Origin: Squalus acanthias
Taxonomy: Eukaryota
Direction: 5' to 3'
Length of the DNA stretch: 64,000 bases
Assembly (NCBI GenBank): GCA_030390025.1
Contig: CM059431.1
Span: 105,340,001 to 105,404,000, forward strand
In this document: piece after piece, positions 35,005 to 48,380 of the stretch
Position numbering within the stretch: position 1 is the first letter of the stretch
Layout: each line of letters opens with the position of its first letter
Translations under genes and position numbers: made by a program
The notes under the pieces: generated by a model
Seen by the model: only the letters and a program-made list of their open reading frames with translations
Told to the model about the DNA's origin: nothing
Database searches by the model: none

Positions 35005-35535
35005 GCAAGTTCACTTCTGGTCTCCATATTGTAAAAAAGGATAGAGAAGCGCTGGTGAAGGTGCAAAAAAAAGATTTACAAGGATGATACCAGAACTAAG
35101 AGGTTAGAGCTATCAGGAAAGGCTGAACAGGCTCGGGCTCTTTTCCCTAGAAAAGAGAAGGCTGAGGGGTGACCTGATAGAGGTCTTTAAAATTATGTGA
35201 GGGTTCGATAGAGTGGGCGAAGTGAAAGATGTTTCCGCTTGTGGTGAAGTCTAAATCTAGGGGTGATAAATATAAGATAGTCACTAATAAATCCAATATG
35301 GAATTCAGGAGAAACTTCTTTATTCAGAGAGTGGTGAGAATGTGGAACTGGCTACCACAGGGAGTGGTTGAGGCGAATAGATTAGATGCATTTAAGGGGA
35401 AGCTGGATAAGCACATGCAGGACAAAGGATGAGATGAAGAGGGGTGGGAGGAGGCTGGTGTGGAGCATAAACACCGGCACGGAGCAGTTGGGCCGAATGG
35501 CCTGTTTCTGTGCTGTACATTCTATGTAATTCTAT
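35005..35535 (+). mobile_element. CR1 LINE 3' fragment
   Basis: FRRNFFIQRVVRMWN; ATTCTATGTAATTCTATG tail. Confidence 0.85.
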
Positions 35536-36067
35536 GCAGTTACAGACTCCTATCTTTTGTAAAAAAAAAACATAATGAACGAGTTCTGAAACTTTTGACT
35601 TGCACTTTACATTAGATAGTTCTTGCATCTTTGGTTGTGAGGCAATCTATAACCTATTTATTTTAATGAGATTATATTGTTATGCTCCAGCATGCCTTAG
35701 AATAGCCTCAGCCCCAACTTTAGTTGAATCAAACATTTAATGCTTGTTTTGTGGAACTGTCATCTTCACAACAACATCAGACCCCTTTTATCTCTGCTTT
35801 TTCTGTGTTATAAAATGGCATTAAGGTATCCTCTTTAAATATTTATGGGTTGACTAACTATGAATAAAGAAGCACTTTAATGTGCAACTTGTTGTATAGT
35901 AACAACTTTAACAATGATTAGCATTTCTTTTGTTGCAATTGTGTTTCAACACGTATTTTGATCTGTCATTAAATAATGAATACATTTAGTAATGGATCAG
36001 GAATATAATTACAAGGCAATGTGTGTTTTATGCAATTTTATGAATTCTGTTTCATTCTATTGAATAT

Positions 36068-36816
36068 TGGACCGTATTTTCCGATCGGAGGCTTCCCGCG
36101 TGCGGAGGCCTCCGATCTGGAAAAAATCTACAGACTTACCTGAGGGCTCCCGAGGTGCGTATAGTTCTGATCCTGGGCCTCTCCAACTCCAAGTGCGCTG
36201 GCCCTACGTATCCCAGAGGCGCAGGAGGTTCACAAGCGTCCCTGGGATCACGTGGGCCATGGAAAGCCAATCAAAGAAGGGAATCTCCCTTCATACACTT
36301 GACAGATAGACCTGTCAAATATATGAATGGAGATCACCCAAAAACACTTTAAAACATGAAATATATTTTTTTTAAATCACATTTTTAAAATTAGTTGAAA
36401 TTATAATAAATTAAATATTTTAAACAAAAATTTAAGTTTTTGGAAAAAATAATTAAAGTGTTTTACGGGGCTAAAAATAAACTTACCTTTTTTAAAGTAT
36501 TTTTAAATGATAAATGAGTGAAAATTTTTATTTTTTTTCAAATCTTATGCTGGTAAAAACAGGCCTTATGCCTGCTTTTACCAGGCGTAAGATTTCTAAG
36601 GGTTTTCTGCGGGCGGAGGTGCTCCAGAAAGTGGAACTATCCGTCCGCAGAGGCCCTTCTCCAGGGCAGGCGTCCGATCTGTCGAGCATTCTTGACAGAT
36701 CGGAAATGCTGGTTTTCAGCGCATGCGCTGTGTATGCCTGAAACCGGCATTTCCGATGTCCCTACGGGTGGGTACACAGCACATACTCACCCGTAGGCAT
36801 CGGAATATCCAGGCCA
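36068..36816. mobile_element. Non-autonomous TIR DNA transposon (MITE)
   Basis: Imperfect TIRs TGGACCGTATTTTCCGAT / ATCGGAATATCCAGGCCA around an AT-rich core. Confidence 0.55.
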
Positions 36817-37807
36817 TTATGTTTTTGACAGATTAATTTCACTCAGTTTTGCACTTATTCCGCCCTGTGAATCAGGGTACCACAATCAAGGCACATCATT
36901 TAAATGGCCCAGTTACTGTTTAGGGGCATCTCTTGCTTCATAATAAAGTTGTAAGTTGCCAGCTGCAAGATTGTATAGTCGCAACTGCAAGAAGACCTGG
37001 ATATATTTATCATCCCTCACTGTATTGTACTAAATAGCATACCATTCACTTGTCAGAAAAAAAATTGAACTAATAGGAAGAGTTTTTGATTTTTTTTTAA
37101 ATGACAGAGCTTCATATTAAACAACGAAGTAAGTTCATTAGATAAGTTTAGATGAAGAATGCCCTTGGTGTCTTTTGATTTCATCCTGTCAGAATACCAA
37201 CCCCGTCGACTCCTCATTACAGCATCTCACTATTTCCTTAATGACTCCGTGTCCTGGCCTCAACCAACCTTCCTGGGAACTTGTTCCAGCTGTGGAACAC
37301 ACTCTGTGTAAAAGACAGACTTCCTGGCCTCTGTTCCAAACTTGCCCTCTGTCCCAAACTTGCCCTTCACAACTCTGAGGCTGGGCCCTCTTGTTCTGCT
37401 ACAATGGCATACCTAAAAGTACTGTTTTTGATTCACCTTATCCCATTAGGAACCTTTTGGGCCAATTTTAACGACATTTTTTGAATGCCCCTATGATTTT
37501 ACTCCTGGGTTTTTGCTCCCCGCAGTGTCCAGGAGGTGAATCTTCAATTCCTGGAGACTCCAGGGCAATCCTGTAGGGTTGGCGACCCTGGCCACCCCTA
37601 CGGCTTGCCTGCACCTCTCCTTCCTCCAAACCTTTTTTCCCAGTGACCTTTGTGTAAGTCACCACTGAATTTTTAAAGGGCAGAAATTCTTTAAAGCTCT
37701 TACAATCACTGAACTACACAAAAATAAGGTATTAACTGTTTAAGTGTTTTACCAAACTAAATGCCTCCATTTTAGCTTGAATAGTTGAAGCTTCTATTTT
37801 TTTCTTA

Positions 37808-38262
37808 AAAAGAAAGAAGACTTGCATTTATATAGCGCCTTTCACGACCACCAGATGTCCCAAAGCGCTTTACAGCCAATGGAGTACTGTTCTTTTTAGA
37901 GTGTAGTCACTGTTGTAATGTAGGAAACAAGGCAGCCAATTTGCACACAGCAAGCTCCCGCAACCAGCAATGTGATAATGACCAAATAATCTGTTTTTGT
38001 TATGTTGATTGAGGGATAAATATTGGCCAGGACACCGGGGATAACTCCCCCTGCTCTTCTTCGAAATAGTGCCATGGGATCTTTTACGTCCAACTGAGAG
38101 AGAAGACAGGGCCTCGGTTTAACGTCTCATCCGAAAGACGGCACTTCTGACAGTGCAGCACTCCCTCAGCACTGCACTAGGAGTGTCAGCCTCAAGTTTT
38201 GTGCTCAATTCTCTGGACTTGACTCAGTGGCGCGAGTGCTGCCCACTGAGTCACGGCTGACA
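37808..38262 (-). mobile_element. Deu-domain SINE
   Basis: Reverse-complement copy. Confidence 0.85.
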
Positions 38263-38452
38263 CAAAAAATTTACCATTGTAATTGGCAAATATATTCAAA
38301 GAATTGTGTTAATTTAATAATGCATTGATGATTGCTGCTCAATTAATTGTTCAATTCACTGCTGTACCCAGTACTTTATCAATTATTAGTTTGCTGGTGC
38401 CGATTTCTCAATTAATTTATTGATTTAGTGGCATTCAGTGCACTATTGCAAG

Positions 38453-38880
38453 TGTCAGCTGTGGCTCAGTTGGTAGCACGCCTTGCCTCTGAATCAGAAG
38501 AGACGTGGGTTCAAAGTCCCACTCCAGGAACTTAAGCACACAAAACTAGCACTAACACTCCAATACAGTACTGAGGGAGTGCTACACTGTCAGAGGTGCT
38601 GTCTTTCAGTTGAGACGTTAAACTGTTAAAGATCCCATGGCACTATTTTGAAGAAGAGCAGGGGAGTTCTCCCCAGTGTCCTGGCCAATATTTATCCCTC
38701 AATCAACATCATAAAAACAGATTATCTGGTTATTATCACATTGCTGTTTGTGGGAGTTTGCTGTGTGCAAATTGGCTGCCGCGTTTCCCACATTACAACA
38801 GTGACTGTACTTCATTGGCTGTAAAGCACTTTGAGATGTCTGGTGGCTGTGAAAGGCGCTATATAAATGGAAGTCTTCTG
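38453..38880 (+). mobile_element. Deu-domain SINE
   Basis: A box TGGCTCAGTTGG, B box GGTTCAAAGTCC, Deu core. Confidence 0.85.
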
Positions 38881-39173
38881 TTAGTTCATGAATTCACCAG
38901 TACATGTTTAGGTGTGCTGCAGTTTTTATCAGTATCCTTTTGTTGTTATTGAGACATGTGGTGTATTGGTTTCCATATAGGTTGAGCTTTCCTGTTGCAA
39001 CTGTAAAGGGCAATAATTCCAGGACGACATTTTGGTGCAATTTAGGTTTTGCAGTTTATTCAATTAATATTTAATTTCCGTGCTTTAATAGTAGCAACTT
39101 CTGTTTTAGGATAAAAACAGAGAATGCTGGAAATACTCAGCGGGTCAGGCAGCATCTGTGGAGAGCGAAACAG

Positions 39174-39210
39174 AGTTAACGTTTCAGGTCAATGACCTTT
39201 CGTCAGAAGT
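39174..39210 (-). ncRNA. Minimal hammerhead-like motif (Penelope-like repeat ~39110-39212)
   Basis: Minus CTGACGA-A-AGGTC-ATT-GACCT-GAAACGTT-AACT. Confidence 0.5.
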
Positions 39211-39307
39211 GGCAAGGATATATTGTCACCACATTATTTGGGAATATTAAGATAAAACTTTTCAAGATATTACAAGTATTGACTCCTTATGTGAATTGCC
39301 TTAGAAG

Positions 39308-39640
39308 ATCATAGGAACAGGAGGAGGTCATTTAGCCCCTCGAGCCTGCTCCGCCATTAAATGAGATCATGGCTGATCTGCGACCTAACTCCATGTACCC
39401 GCCTTTGCCCCACATCGCTTAATACTTTTGGTTAACAACAATCTATCAATCTCCGATTTAAAATTAACAATTGACCCAGCATTAATTGTCGTTTGTGGAA
39501 GAGAGTTCCAAACTTCTACCACCCTTTGTGTGTAGAAGTGTTTCTGAACTTCAGTCCTTAAAGGCCTGGCTCTAATTTTTAGACTACGTCCTCTTCATCC
39601 TAGACTCCCCAACCAGCGGAAATAGTTTCTCTCTATCAAC
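39308..39640 (-). mobile_element. CR1 LINE 3' fragment
   Basis: CR1 tail GCCCCTCGAGCCTGCTCCGCCATT on plus. Confidence 0.8.
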
Positions 39641-40787
39641 TACTGTGTATATAAAATGTTAAAAGTCTTGTGTCTGTTCGCCTTTCTGTTTTGTAACATT
39701 CACTTCCTGTAACGGTCACATTCTTTCCATCACATTTTTCTTTGGTCATTGTCTATGCTCCTCCATAGTTTGTGTGTTGATGTGACCATATAACCTATGT
39801 ATTATGTGTTCAGAGTGTAAAGCACAAGAGGTGAGCTTAAAAATGTGGGCATGGTCACAAAATGGCACAATCTCTGAGAAGCTTTGCGTCAGGACTAATT
39901 CTTGTATCAGTTTTATCGTTATCTTGGACGCTTCCTTCAGCAAAGTTTTTACACAGTCACAGTTATCTGCAGGCATAAGGTTCTCGTGACGGTCACACGC
40001 CACAGCTAGCGACATTAGTCACATAATGGATCACCCCACATGGTTGAGAGTTTAGAAATTCTGTGACACACGACACCTTTATGTACGTCACTTGCAACAG
40101 CAACACAGCTCTGGCTGCCCACATGCACATTACGATGAGTGTTGGCCATCTGCCAGATTTAGTATTGGAGCCCCACTTGGAGTTTGATTTATTATTCAGT
40201 TATGCAACCATCCAACATATAATGTGTTTGAGCATGAGGATCTATTGCAGATGGATGTGGAAATAAAGCTCAGTTCTAAGGTGTATGAGTAAGAACAAAG
40301 GAATTGCTGGAGGATAAAAGACCGAGTTCACCTTCTACCATCCTGGTAGTCACATGATACAACGATAATGGAGTTGTTGACTAACCATGTCAATTAATCT
40401 CCATCAAATAGTCTACAACAGATCCAGATGTGAGGCAAGGATAACCCCCCCCAGTGGTGCAAAGCTTTGAACCATAGGTCCTAAGTCACCTGTTCCTCCC
40501 CAGCATGCGTGTCTCAAATTATTCATATACTGTATTCCAAAATATTAATTTTCTCCAAGAAACCTATCTGATTTGCATTTGAATGAATCAATACCATTTG
40601 CTTCCAAAGCTGCCCTCGCGATCCTGTTCCATGGATTGACCACTTGCCCACTGAAGTAATATTTCCGCAGATCAGTTTTGAATTTACCCCCCCCCTTAAA
40701 GCGCAGGCCATGTCCTCTGGTTCTACTGGTCTGGACAAGGTGAAACAGCTTGTCATGATCTACAAAGAAAAAAGATGGATCACTCAC

Positions 40788-40877
40788 CTTTCATTATTTG
40801 AGACATCATTCTTCAAATGAGGTTGAGCGACACGTATCATACTCAACTTTGTCACTGAAGGAAGAGGGTCTACCTTT
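40788..40877 (-). other. Candidate 90-nt host internal exon
   Basis: Minus TTCTGCTTTGAATTCCAG|...GAAAG|GTGAGT; open frame KVDPLPSVTKLSMIRVAQPHLKNDVSNNE; no protein recognised. Confidence 0.35.
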
Positions 40878-41359
40878 CTGGAATTCAAAGCAGAATCAAG
40901 CGTGGGTTTAACCAAATTGTTTTGTCTTTCTTTACAATAGCAGTAATGCTTAATAAAGATGTGCAGGTTGTTCCAAGTTGCTGTCTTGTAGATATCTTTA
41001 CAGTGTTACTTGTTTAAAACAGCTGCTGTCGACTTCAGGGGCTTCTTGTACTGCTAGTTATAGCAAAGCCAATGGATAACTCGAGCCCCAAGGGATTGTG
41101 CCCCTAGGACATAGAAGTTGTGTGTAAATCTCACACCATAAGTCCTGTTGAGTGTCATCCACTGTGTAAAAATAACGCTCTATTCTGTCTTAAAATCTGT
41201 ATCGAAGGATCGTACTGTACCTCCTGACTGAAATTAAACTGGCACCACAACCAGTTAGAAATGCAAGAGGAGTGTTCCACTGTCCTACCTTCATGCCATT
41301 TAAAGGTAAGGTCCTTCTGCCACTAATTCATAAAGGTCACTCATTTCAACGATGATACT

Positions 41360-42462
41360 AGAACTGATAGGTTATTCCTATTAGGAAAGATTGAACAGGC
41401 TGGGGCTCTTTTATCTAGAAATGAGAAGGCTGAGGGGTGTCTGGTAGGGTAGACTTAGAGAAGATGTTTCCACTTGTGGGGGAGACCAAAACTAGGGGCC
41501 ATAAATATAAGATAGTCACTAATAAATCCAATGGGGAGTTCAGGAGGAAACTTCTTTACCCAGAGAGTGGTTAGATTGTGGAACTCGCTACCACAGGGAG
41601 TATTGAGGCGAATAGCAAAGATGCCTTTAAGGGGAAGCGAGATAAACACATGAGGGAGAAAGGAATAGAAGGGTATGCTGATGGGGTGAGAAGATTAGAG
41701 GGTGGGAGGAGGCTCGAGTGGAGTATAAACACCGGCACGGACCAGTTGGGCCAAATGGCCTGTTTCTGTGCTGTACATTCTATGTAATTACAGGCGATGA
41801 ACATGAGCAAGGACAGTGTGGTTTTCCAGATGTTTGACCTGTGGATTGACAGCTGCTGAGGTAAAGGATACATGAGCTAAAATTTTCTCCCATTCATAGT
41901 GGGTGGAAAATCTATAAGACGTTTCATTGCATGGTTAACGGTTATTGCAAGGAAGATGTGATTATACTAGACAAGGTACAGAGGAGATTTACGAGGATGT
42001 TGCCAGGACTGGAGAATTTTAGCTATGAGGAAAGATTGGATAAGCTGAGGTTGTTTTCTTGGGAACAGAGGAGACTGAAGGGAGATTTGATTGAGGTGTA
42101 TAAAATTATGAGGGGCCTAGATAGAGTGGATAGGAAGGACCTATTTCCCTTAGCAGAGAGGTCAATAACCAGGGGCATAGATTTAAAATAATTGGTAGAA
42201 GAATTAGAGGGGAGTTGAGGTGAACTTTTTTCACCCAGAGGGTGGTGGGGGTCTGGAACTCACTGCCTGAAAGGGTGGTAGAGTCAGAAACCCTCATCAC
42301 ATTTAAAAAGTACTTGGATATGCACTTGAACTGCCGTAACCTACAGGGCTATGGACCGAGAGCTGGAAAGTGGGATTAGGCTGGAGAGCTCTTTTTCAGC
42401 CGGTACGGACACGATGGGCCAAATGGCCTCTTTCTGTGCCACAAATTTCTATGATTCTATGA
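41360..42462 (+). mobile_element. Two CR1 LINE 3' fragments (41360-41790, 41945-42462)
   Basis: VQRRFTRMLPGL..SYEERL..RRLKGDLIEVYK; TTCTATG tails. Confidence 0.85.
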
Positions 42463-44529
42463 TTAACATCCTTAGTAAGATTTGTGTGTTTTATGGATTA
42501 TCTGACCTTCTAAAACCAGACTTGCCATTGGAGAATGCAGCATGATCTTATAAGGAGCTCAAACGGTACAGGACAGGAGCAATAGTACACAGCAACACAA
42601 TCAAAAATAGCCATTGTACAGGCTTGAGAGCAACATACAAATTGAAACTTGAAATGGAAAACCAATGAGGCATTGGAAAATAATTATCTGATTAAACAGA
42701 AGGGGAACCATGTAACACCAATGGCCAATAGGCATAGTCATCCATCTTGTGAAAAAAAGACTGTTTAGTCCTCGTCTATGCATGTAATTCCCAAGACAAG
42801 GCATGATTTGAATAATATGATAATACAAAGTTAAGGAATAAACATCTCTGCGACAACCAACATTATTAGCAGACCTCCGGCAGCTGACCAATCAGGAGCT
42901 CCCGCAGGAAAGAAATGGCAGTGGTTCAACCACGTGGTGAATACGTCAACCAGACTGCATCCGATGAAGCAGTCAGCAGCTCCTGAGTTCCCACAAGTTG
43001 ATAGCTGAAGGTAGCCACAGCACTAAAGAATGTCGTCATCACCCAGATAAACATGGTGGGGGGAATTTTAACCTCCTGCCCCCCCTCCACCCCACCTGGC
43101 AGAAACCAGGCGAGATGGGGCAGTTAAAATGGAGTGGGTGAAATACACAGTCCGTTCCGCTCGACTGGAGATTTTACTTGTCTGATTTTTCGGGCATATG
43201 AGGTCCCTGCCTGAGTGGCATCAACTAACAGCTATCGATTTATCTCATCTTCTTTCTTACTCTTTTCTACATTGGTCTGATCCAATATTATGAGCCTCGG
43301 CCCTCTATTTATGTTTCATCATTGTATATTTTTTAAAGTATGCGTTTTTTAATATTCACGCGCAACAGAGCACATTCCTGAGATTGTTCCCTTTCCCTGT
43401 GAATCCACCTCCATCTGCTTGTGGATAATATAAATGATGGCTTTATTCACCATGTCCAACTAACTTTGCAAAAATATCTGCCCCTTTCATTTATGTGTTT
43501 TAAAGTACCAGTCGCATGACCACGCCTTATGGTCTAAAGTTGTGATTGCTTCAGAAGGAAGCAGCAGTATACGATCAGGTTTACCAGAAGTTATTTGCAT
43601 ATGCATATATACCCTCCTGAGCTCTAACTAAACTGTTCATGGAGAGTGGGGAGGTCCTTTTCCATGACAGGCTTTGTTTAGACATGAACGGGGCACTGAA
43701 TATACCAAATCACCAATACGGGAACTGCAACGTAAAGTATTATCCTACTTGTAAGAGATGGGGAAGCCAGACACATATCAGACCTCAAGCCACAGGCTAG
43801 CTTTCCACAAAGGGATGGATTGGCCATGAATTTGCTGGAGAGGGGCATCTTGCGGCGTGCCCCGTTTGATAGATTTTTTTCCTTACCCTTCAGCTCGAAA
43901 AAATTTGGCGCCGCAAATTGCGAGAAGTGCAAGCTAATAAAAGCGCGGTTAGGGCATTGGGCATGTGGGACCTTGGTGAACGACTGGACCAATAGTCTAT
44001 CTCCTTAACCCATGTAATTTAAGGATAGAGAAAGAAAGAGAGGAATGGCAGAGAAGGAAATAGGATGAATGAGAGTCAAATTAGATGCAGAAAGAAAAAT
44101 AAAGAGAAGGAAAGTAAGATTTGATGAAGAGAGGGAGAAAAAAGAGACAGAAAGGGAAAGAAAATAAATTTTAAAAACCTCAAGGAACAATTTGCAACAT
44201 GAAGGAATGCGACGCCACAGTTTTAATTGTTCCTTTTCTGGGCCGGAGAGGTTGTGTGGCAATGCAGGAACATAAATCTCATAATTAAAAGGGTCCTTAT
44301 GTCGCTAAATGCCAGCCCTATCTTTCTGCAGTGAGTTTAATTTGTTTAACCAGCGCAAATACAGCAATTTCTTGAAACTCACGGGGAGATTGAGGGCGAG
44401 CTCCCATTTTCGCAAGGCTATTGGCAGAGCAGAGCAAATCGTCCAGCAGCTTGCGGTGATTAGCAACTCAAGGGGTATCTCTTCCTTGCCAGAAGTTGCT
44501 GGATGATTTACACACTAATAATTTACGCA

Positions 44530-45113
44530 CTAGGACCTTGGTGAGACCATACCTGGAGTATTGTGTACAGTTTTGGTCTCCTTACCTAAGGAAGGATATA
44601 CTTGCCTTAGAGGGAGTGCAACAAAAGTTCACCAGACTGGTTCCTGGGATGGGGGGATTGTCCTATGAGGAGAGATTGAGTAGACTAGGCCTATGTTCCC
44701 TAGAGTTTAGAAGAATGAGAGGTGATCTCATTGAAATGTATAAAAATCTTAAGGGGCTTGACAGGGTAGTTGCTGGGAGGATGTTTCCCCTGGCTGGGGA
44801 GTCTAGAACCAGGGGTCACAGTCTCAGAATAAGGGGTCGGCCATTTAGGACTGAGATGAGGAGAAATTTCTTCACTCAGAGGGTGGTGAATCTTTGGAAT
44901 TCTCTACCCCAGAGGGCTGTGGAGGCTCAGTCATTGAGTATATTCAAGACAGAGATCGATAGATTTTTGGATATTAAGGGAATCAAGGGATATGGGGATA
45001 GTGCAGGACAGTGGAGATGAGGTAGAAGGTCAGCCATGATCTTATTGAATGCCGGAGCAGGCTCGAAGGGCCAAATGGCCGACTCCTGCTCTTATTTCTC
45101 ATGTTCTTATGTT
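44530..45113 (+). mobile_element. CR1 LINE 3' fragment nested in a MITE (~43790-45160)
   Basis: LVRPYLEYCVQFWSPY...; flanks resemble 15569-16324. Confidence 0.88.
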
Positions 45114-45754
45114 ATTATAATGGCAAGCGCCATTAAACTCATTTTACCAGCAAATTCTGTAATTTTTACGAGTATACTCAAGTGCGTAAATGAGCATTGA
45201 AGTAGAGCCCTGTAGACAGCATTCACACTTTGACCTAGGCATATGAAACCTTGTTTCTGGACTCTGAATCTAGAAATGAGCTACAGTAAAGGAGATATAA
45301 AAAAAATCAACTGGATTGTTCTCCCAGAAAGGCAGCATTATCATAAAAATAGTCTTTGTTGCAAAGAAGGACAATGTGTGTTGAAGTGAAGGAAGTGCTG
45401 TATGTCATCCCTCATCATTATTTAGCACCAGAGAACTCTGAAAATGAAGATGGGAGGAGGAGAGTGGTGCCACAGATCAAAATACTGGAGACAGCCGCGG
45501 AAAATATTTTAAAAAAACAACATTTACCTCACAGTCGAATGGAAATGTACAGACTTTATTAAGAAATGGATGCCAAATATGCTTAAGGTCACAAATATGT
45601 TTTTTCGAAGTGTTCCCTGGAATGTTTCATTAAAAGATTTCAATTTTCTTACAACATGAAGTTCTGATTCAGATGTGCATTATTTGGCTTGAAGCACACT
45701 GGATACTCACTGTTTGCAATTAATATAGTTGTTGAAACCTTCTTGAAAGGAAAA

Positions 45755-46187
45755 AGAAAGAAAGACTTGCATTTATATAGCGCCTTTCATGACCACCGGA
45801 CTTCTCAAAGCGCTTTGCAGCCAATGAAGTACTTTTGAAGTGTAGTCACTGTTGTAATGTTGGAAACGTGGCAGCCAATTTGCGCACAGCAAGCTCCCAC
45901 AAACAGCAATGTGATAATGACCAGATAATCTGTTTTTGTTATGTTGGTTGAGGGATAAATATTGGCCAGGACACCGGGGATAACTCCCCTGCTCTTCTTC
46001 AAAATAGTGCCATGGGATATTTTACGTCCACCTGAGAGAGCAGACGGAGCCTCGGTTTAACGACTCATCCGAAAGACGGCACCTCTGACAGTGCAGCACT
46101 CCCTCAGCACTGCACTGGAGTGTCAGCTTAGCTTTATGTGCTCAAGTCCCTGGAGTGGGACTTGAACCCACAACCTTCTGACTCAGT
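45755..46187 (-). mobile_element. Deu-domain SINE
   Basis: Reverse-complement copy. Confidence 0.85.
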
Positions 46188-47097
46188 TATGGGAATGTGT
46201 GTGCCATCAAACACGCCTACCGCTTGAAGGATATTACAATGCTCCTGGAAGCGAAGGGATGTTTCATGTGCTTCATTCTTAATAGGCATCATGGCACATG
46301 TCTTCAAGAATCAAGGGACCACAGTGCAGAAATTTCTTAACCATGATCTTGTGGGTGCACCTGCTATCAGTTACTAGTCTATACCCGGCATGGGATGCAA
46401 ATTAAATGGTTACTGCAACTCTTTTCCTGGTTAAGTTCCATATTAGACCTTACAAACTCCACCAAGATATCAAGTGAATTTTTCCAAGGAATGGAACATC
46501 CTAACATCCTTCCAGTTGCAGAAGGGTTGGAGTATAAGAGTAAGGAAGTCTTGCCGCAATTATGTAGGACTTTGGTGAGACCACACCTGGAGTACTGTCT
46601 ACAGTTTTGGGGCTAGAAATTCGGCTGCTTTGCGCCTCCCATCAGTGCCTTCGAAGGGCGGTAACGGGGCACTAAGGGGTTCCCGACCGGGCGCGGCAAA
46701 ATCAGCGACGCCCACAAACTGCCCTGGCGGTTTTGCGCTGGTGCTAACACTTACCGCCCCGCTCTGTTGCGCCCCGTAGATCATGACGTCATCAGGTGCG
46801 CAGCGCTCCGTTACCGCCCCGGATCTGATATTGGCTCCCGGTCCCTGCCTGAGTGCCTGCCGTCAACAACGACAGGTAGAGGAGGCGGTTTGCAGTCGGA
46901 TGAGCGCTGGAGGAGTGGTATTTAAAGGCGTCAACATCCGGTTTATATTTAGTCAGCAAAGAAAGCTGCCTTGTCAGTTTCACATAGGCAAACAGGCGTT
47001 TTGAGCGATTTCAGCGTTTTTCACTTTAAGGAGTCTTCTGCTTCAGAAAAAATTTCATTTAGGTGAGATTTCCAAGTGCAACATTTCCAAACTTCAA

Positions 47098-48155
47098 TAG
47101 GGGCTGTACTGGCAATGGAGGTGGCCCTCCAGCATCAACATCAGAGGCAACGGAGGCAGAGAGAAAGATTGCAAAATGTGGCCAGAGGGAGGAGGGCCAA
47201 CAGGGCTCTCAACAGGAGGCCTTACCCTCCCAGGGTATTCCGGCAGCATTTCTCCTACAGCAATTTCACTGAGGAACAGTGTGTTAGAAGGCTCCACTTC
47301 ACCAAGGACGTGGTCACAGAGCTCTGCCACCTCCTGCAGCCAGACCTTGAGCCTCACATCAGGAGCACCACGGCTCTCTCAGTGGCAGTCAAGGTCACCG
47401 TCGCCCTCAATTTCTAAGCCAATGGATCGTTCCAATGTGCAACAGGAGACATAGCTAACATTTTGCAGTTTGCCATTCTTTGCTGCATCCGCGAGGTCAC
47501 AGATGCTCTCTACAGAAGGAAAAGGAACTACATATCCTTCCCCATGACCAGAGAGAAGCAGCGCGAGTGTGCATTTGGCTTTGCCAGGATAGCGGGCTTC
47601 CCCATGGTGCAGGGCGCCATTGACTGCACCCACGTCGCTATGCGAGCACCGCGTAACAATCCTGAGGTATTCCGTAACTGCAAAGGCTACCACTCACTTA
47701 ATGTGCAGTTGGTGTGTGACCACAAACAGTGAATCCTGACTGACAATACCCGCTATCCTGGCAGCAGCCACGATGCCCTCATCATGCACCAGACCGGTGT
47801 GCCAGCTCTGTTCCAGCCACCATGTCAAGCTCACGGTTGGCTGCTGGGAGACAAGGGCTATCCGCTCTCCACCTGGCTCATGACTCCCCTCCGCAACCCC
47901 AGCACTCGTGCGCAGCACTCATACAATGAGAGCCATGCTGCCACCAGGAACATCATTGAGCAGACCATCGGAGTGTTCAAGCAACGGTTCCGCTGCCTTG
48001 ACCGCTTGGGAGGAGCCCTCCAGTACTTAGCTGAGCGGGTGTCCCTTTTCACGGTGGTCTGCTGCATGCTGCACAACTTGACCATCATGAGGGCCCAGCC
48101 ATTGCCACCAGGCATAGCAGGAGGAGGAAGAGGGAGACAAGGAGGACGAGGATGA
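47098..48155 (+). pseudogene. Harbinger DDE transposase (HARBI1-like), two in-frame stops
   Basis: GAIDCTHV, KGYHSLNVQLVCD, YPGSSHD, LLGDKGYP, YNESH..TRNIIEQTIGVFKQRFRCL, CCMLHN; ORFs 47076, 47463 and 47784 share one frame. Confidence 0.92.
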
Positions 48156-48380
48156 GGACAAGGAGGAACAAGAGCACGAACAGCAGCGACGGAGGAGCCA
48201 GCCACTCAATCGGCCTTGTGGAAGGGCGGACCATGACATCAGACTTTGGTTCCAATGAATTCGAGGCCACTTCCCGGTTGCTCAGCATGTCCCCATCATT
48301 CCATCAATTTCTCATTCCATACCACACCCCAAATCTGAAATGAGACACAGCACCAAATCTGCAACATTCCAATCATAAAT

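Noticed and set aside
47098..48155. Domesticated host HARBI1 gene
   Set aside because: In-frame stops, TIRs and a partner Myb gene indicate a dead transposon copy
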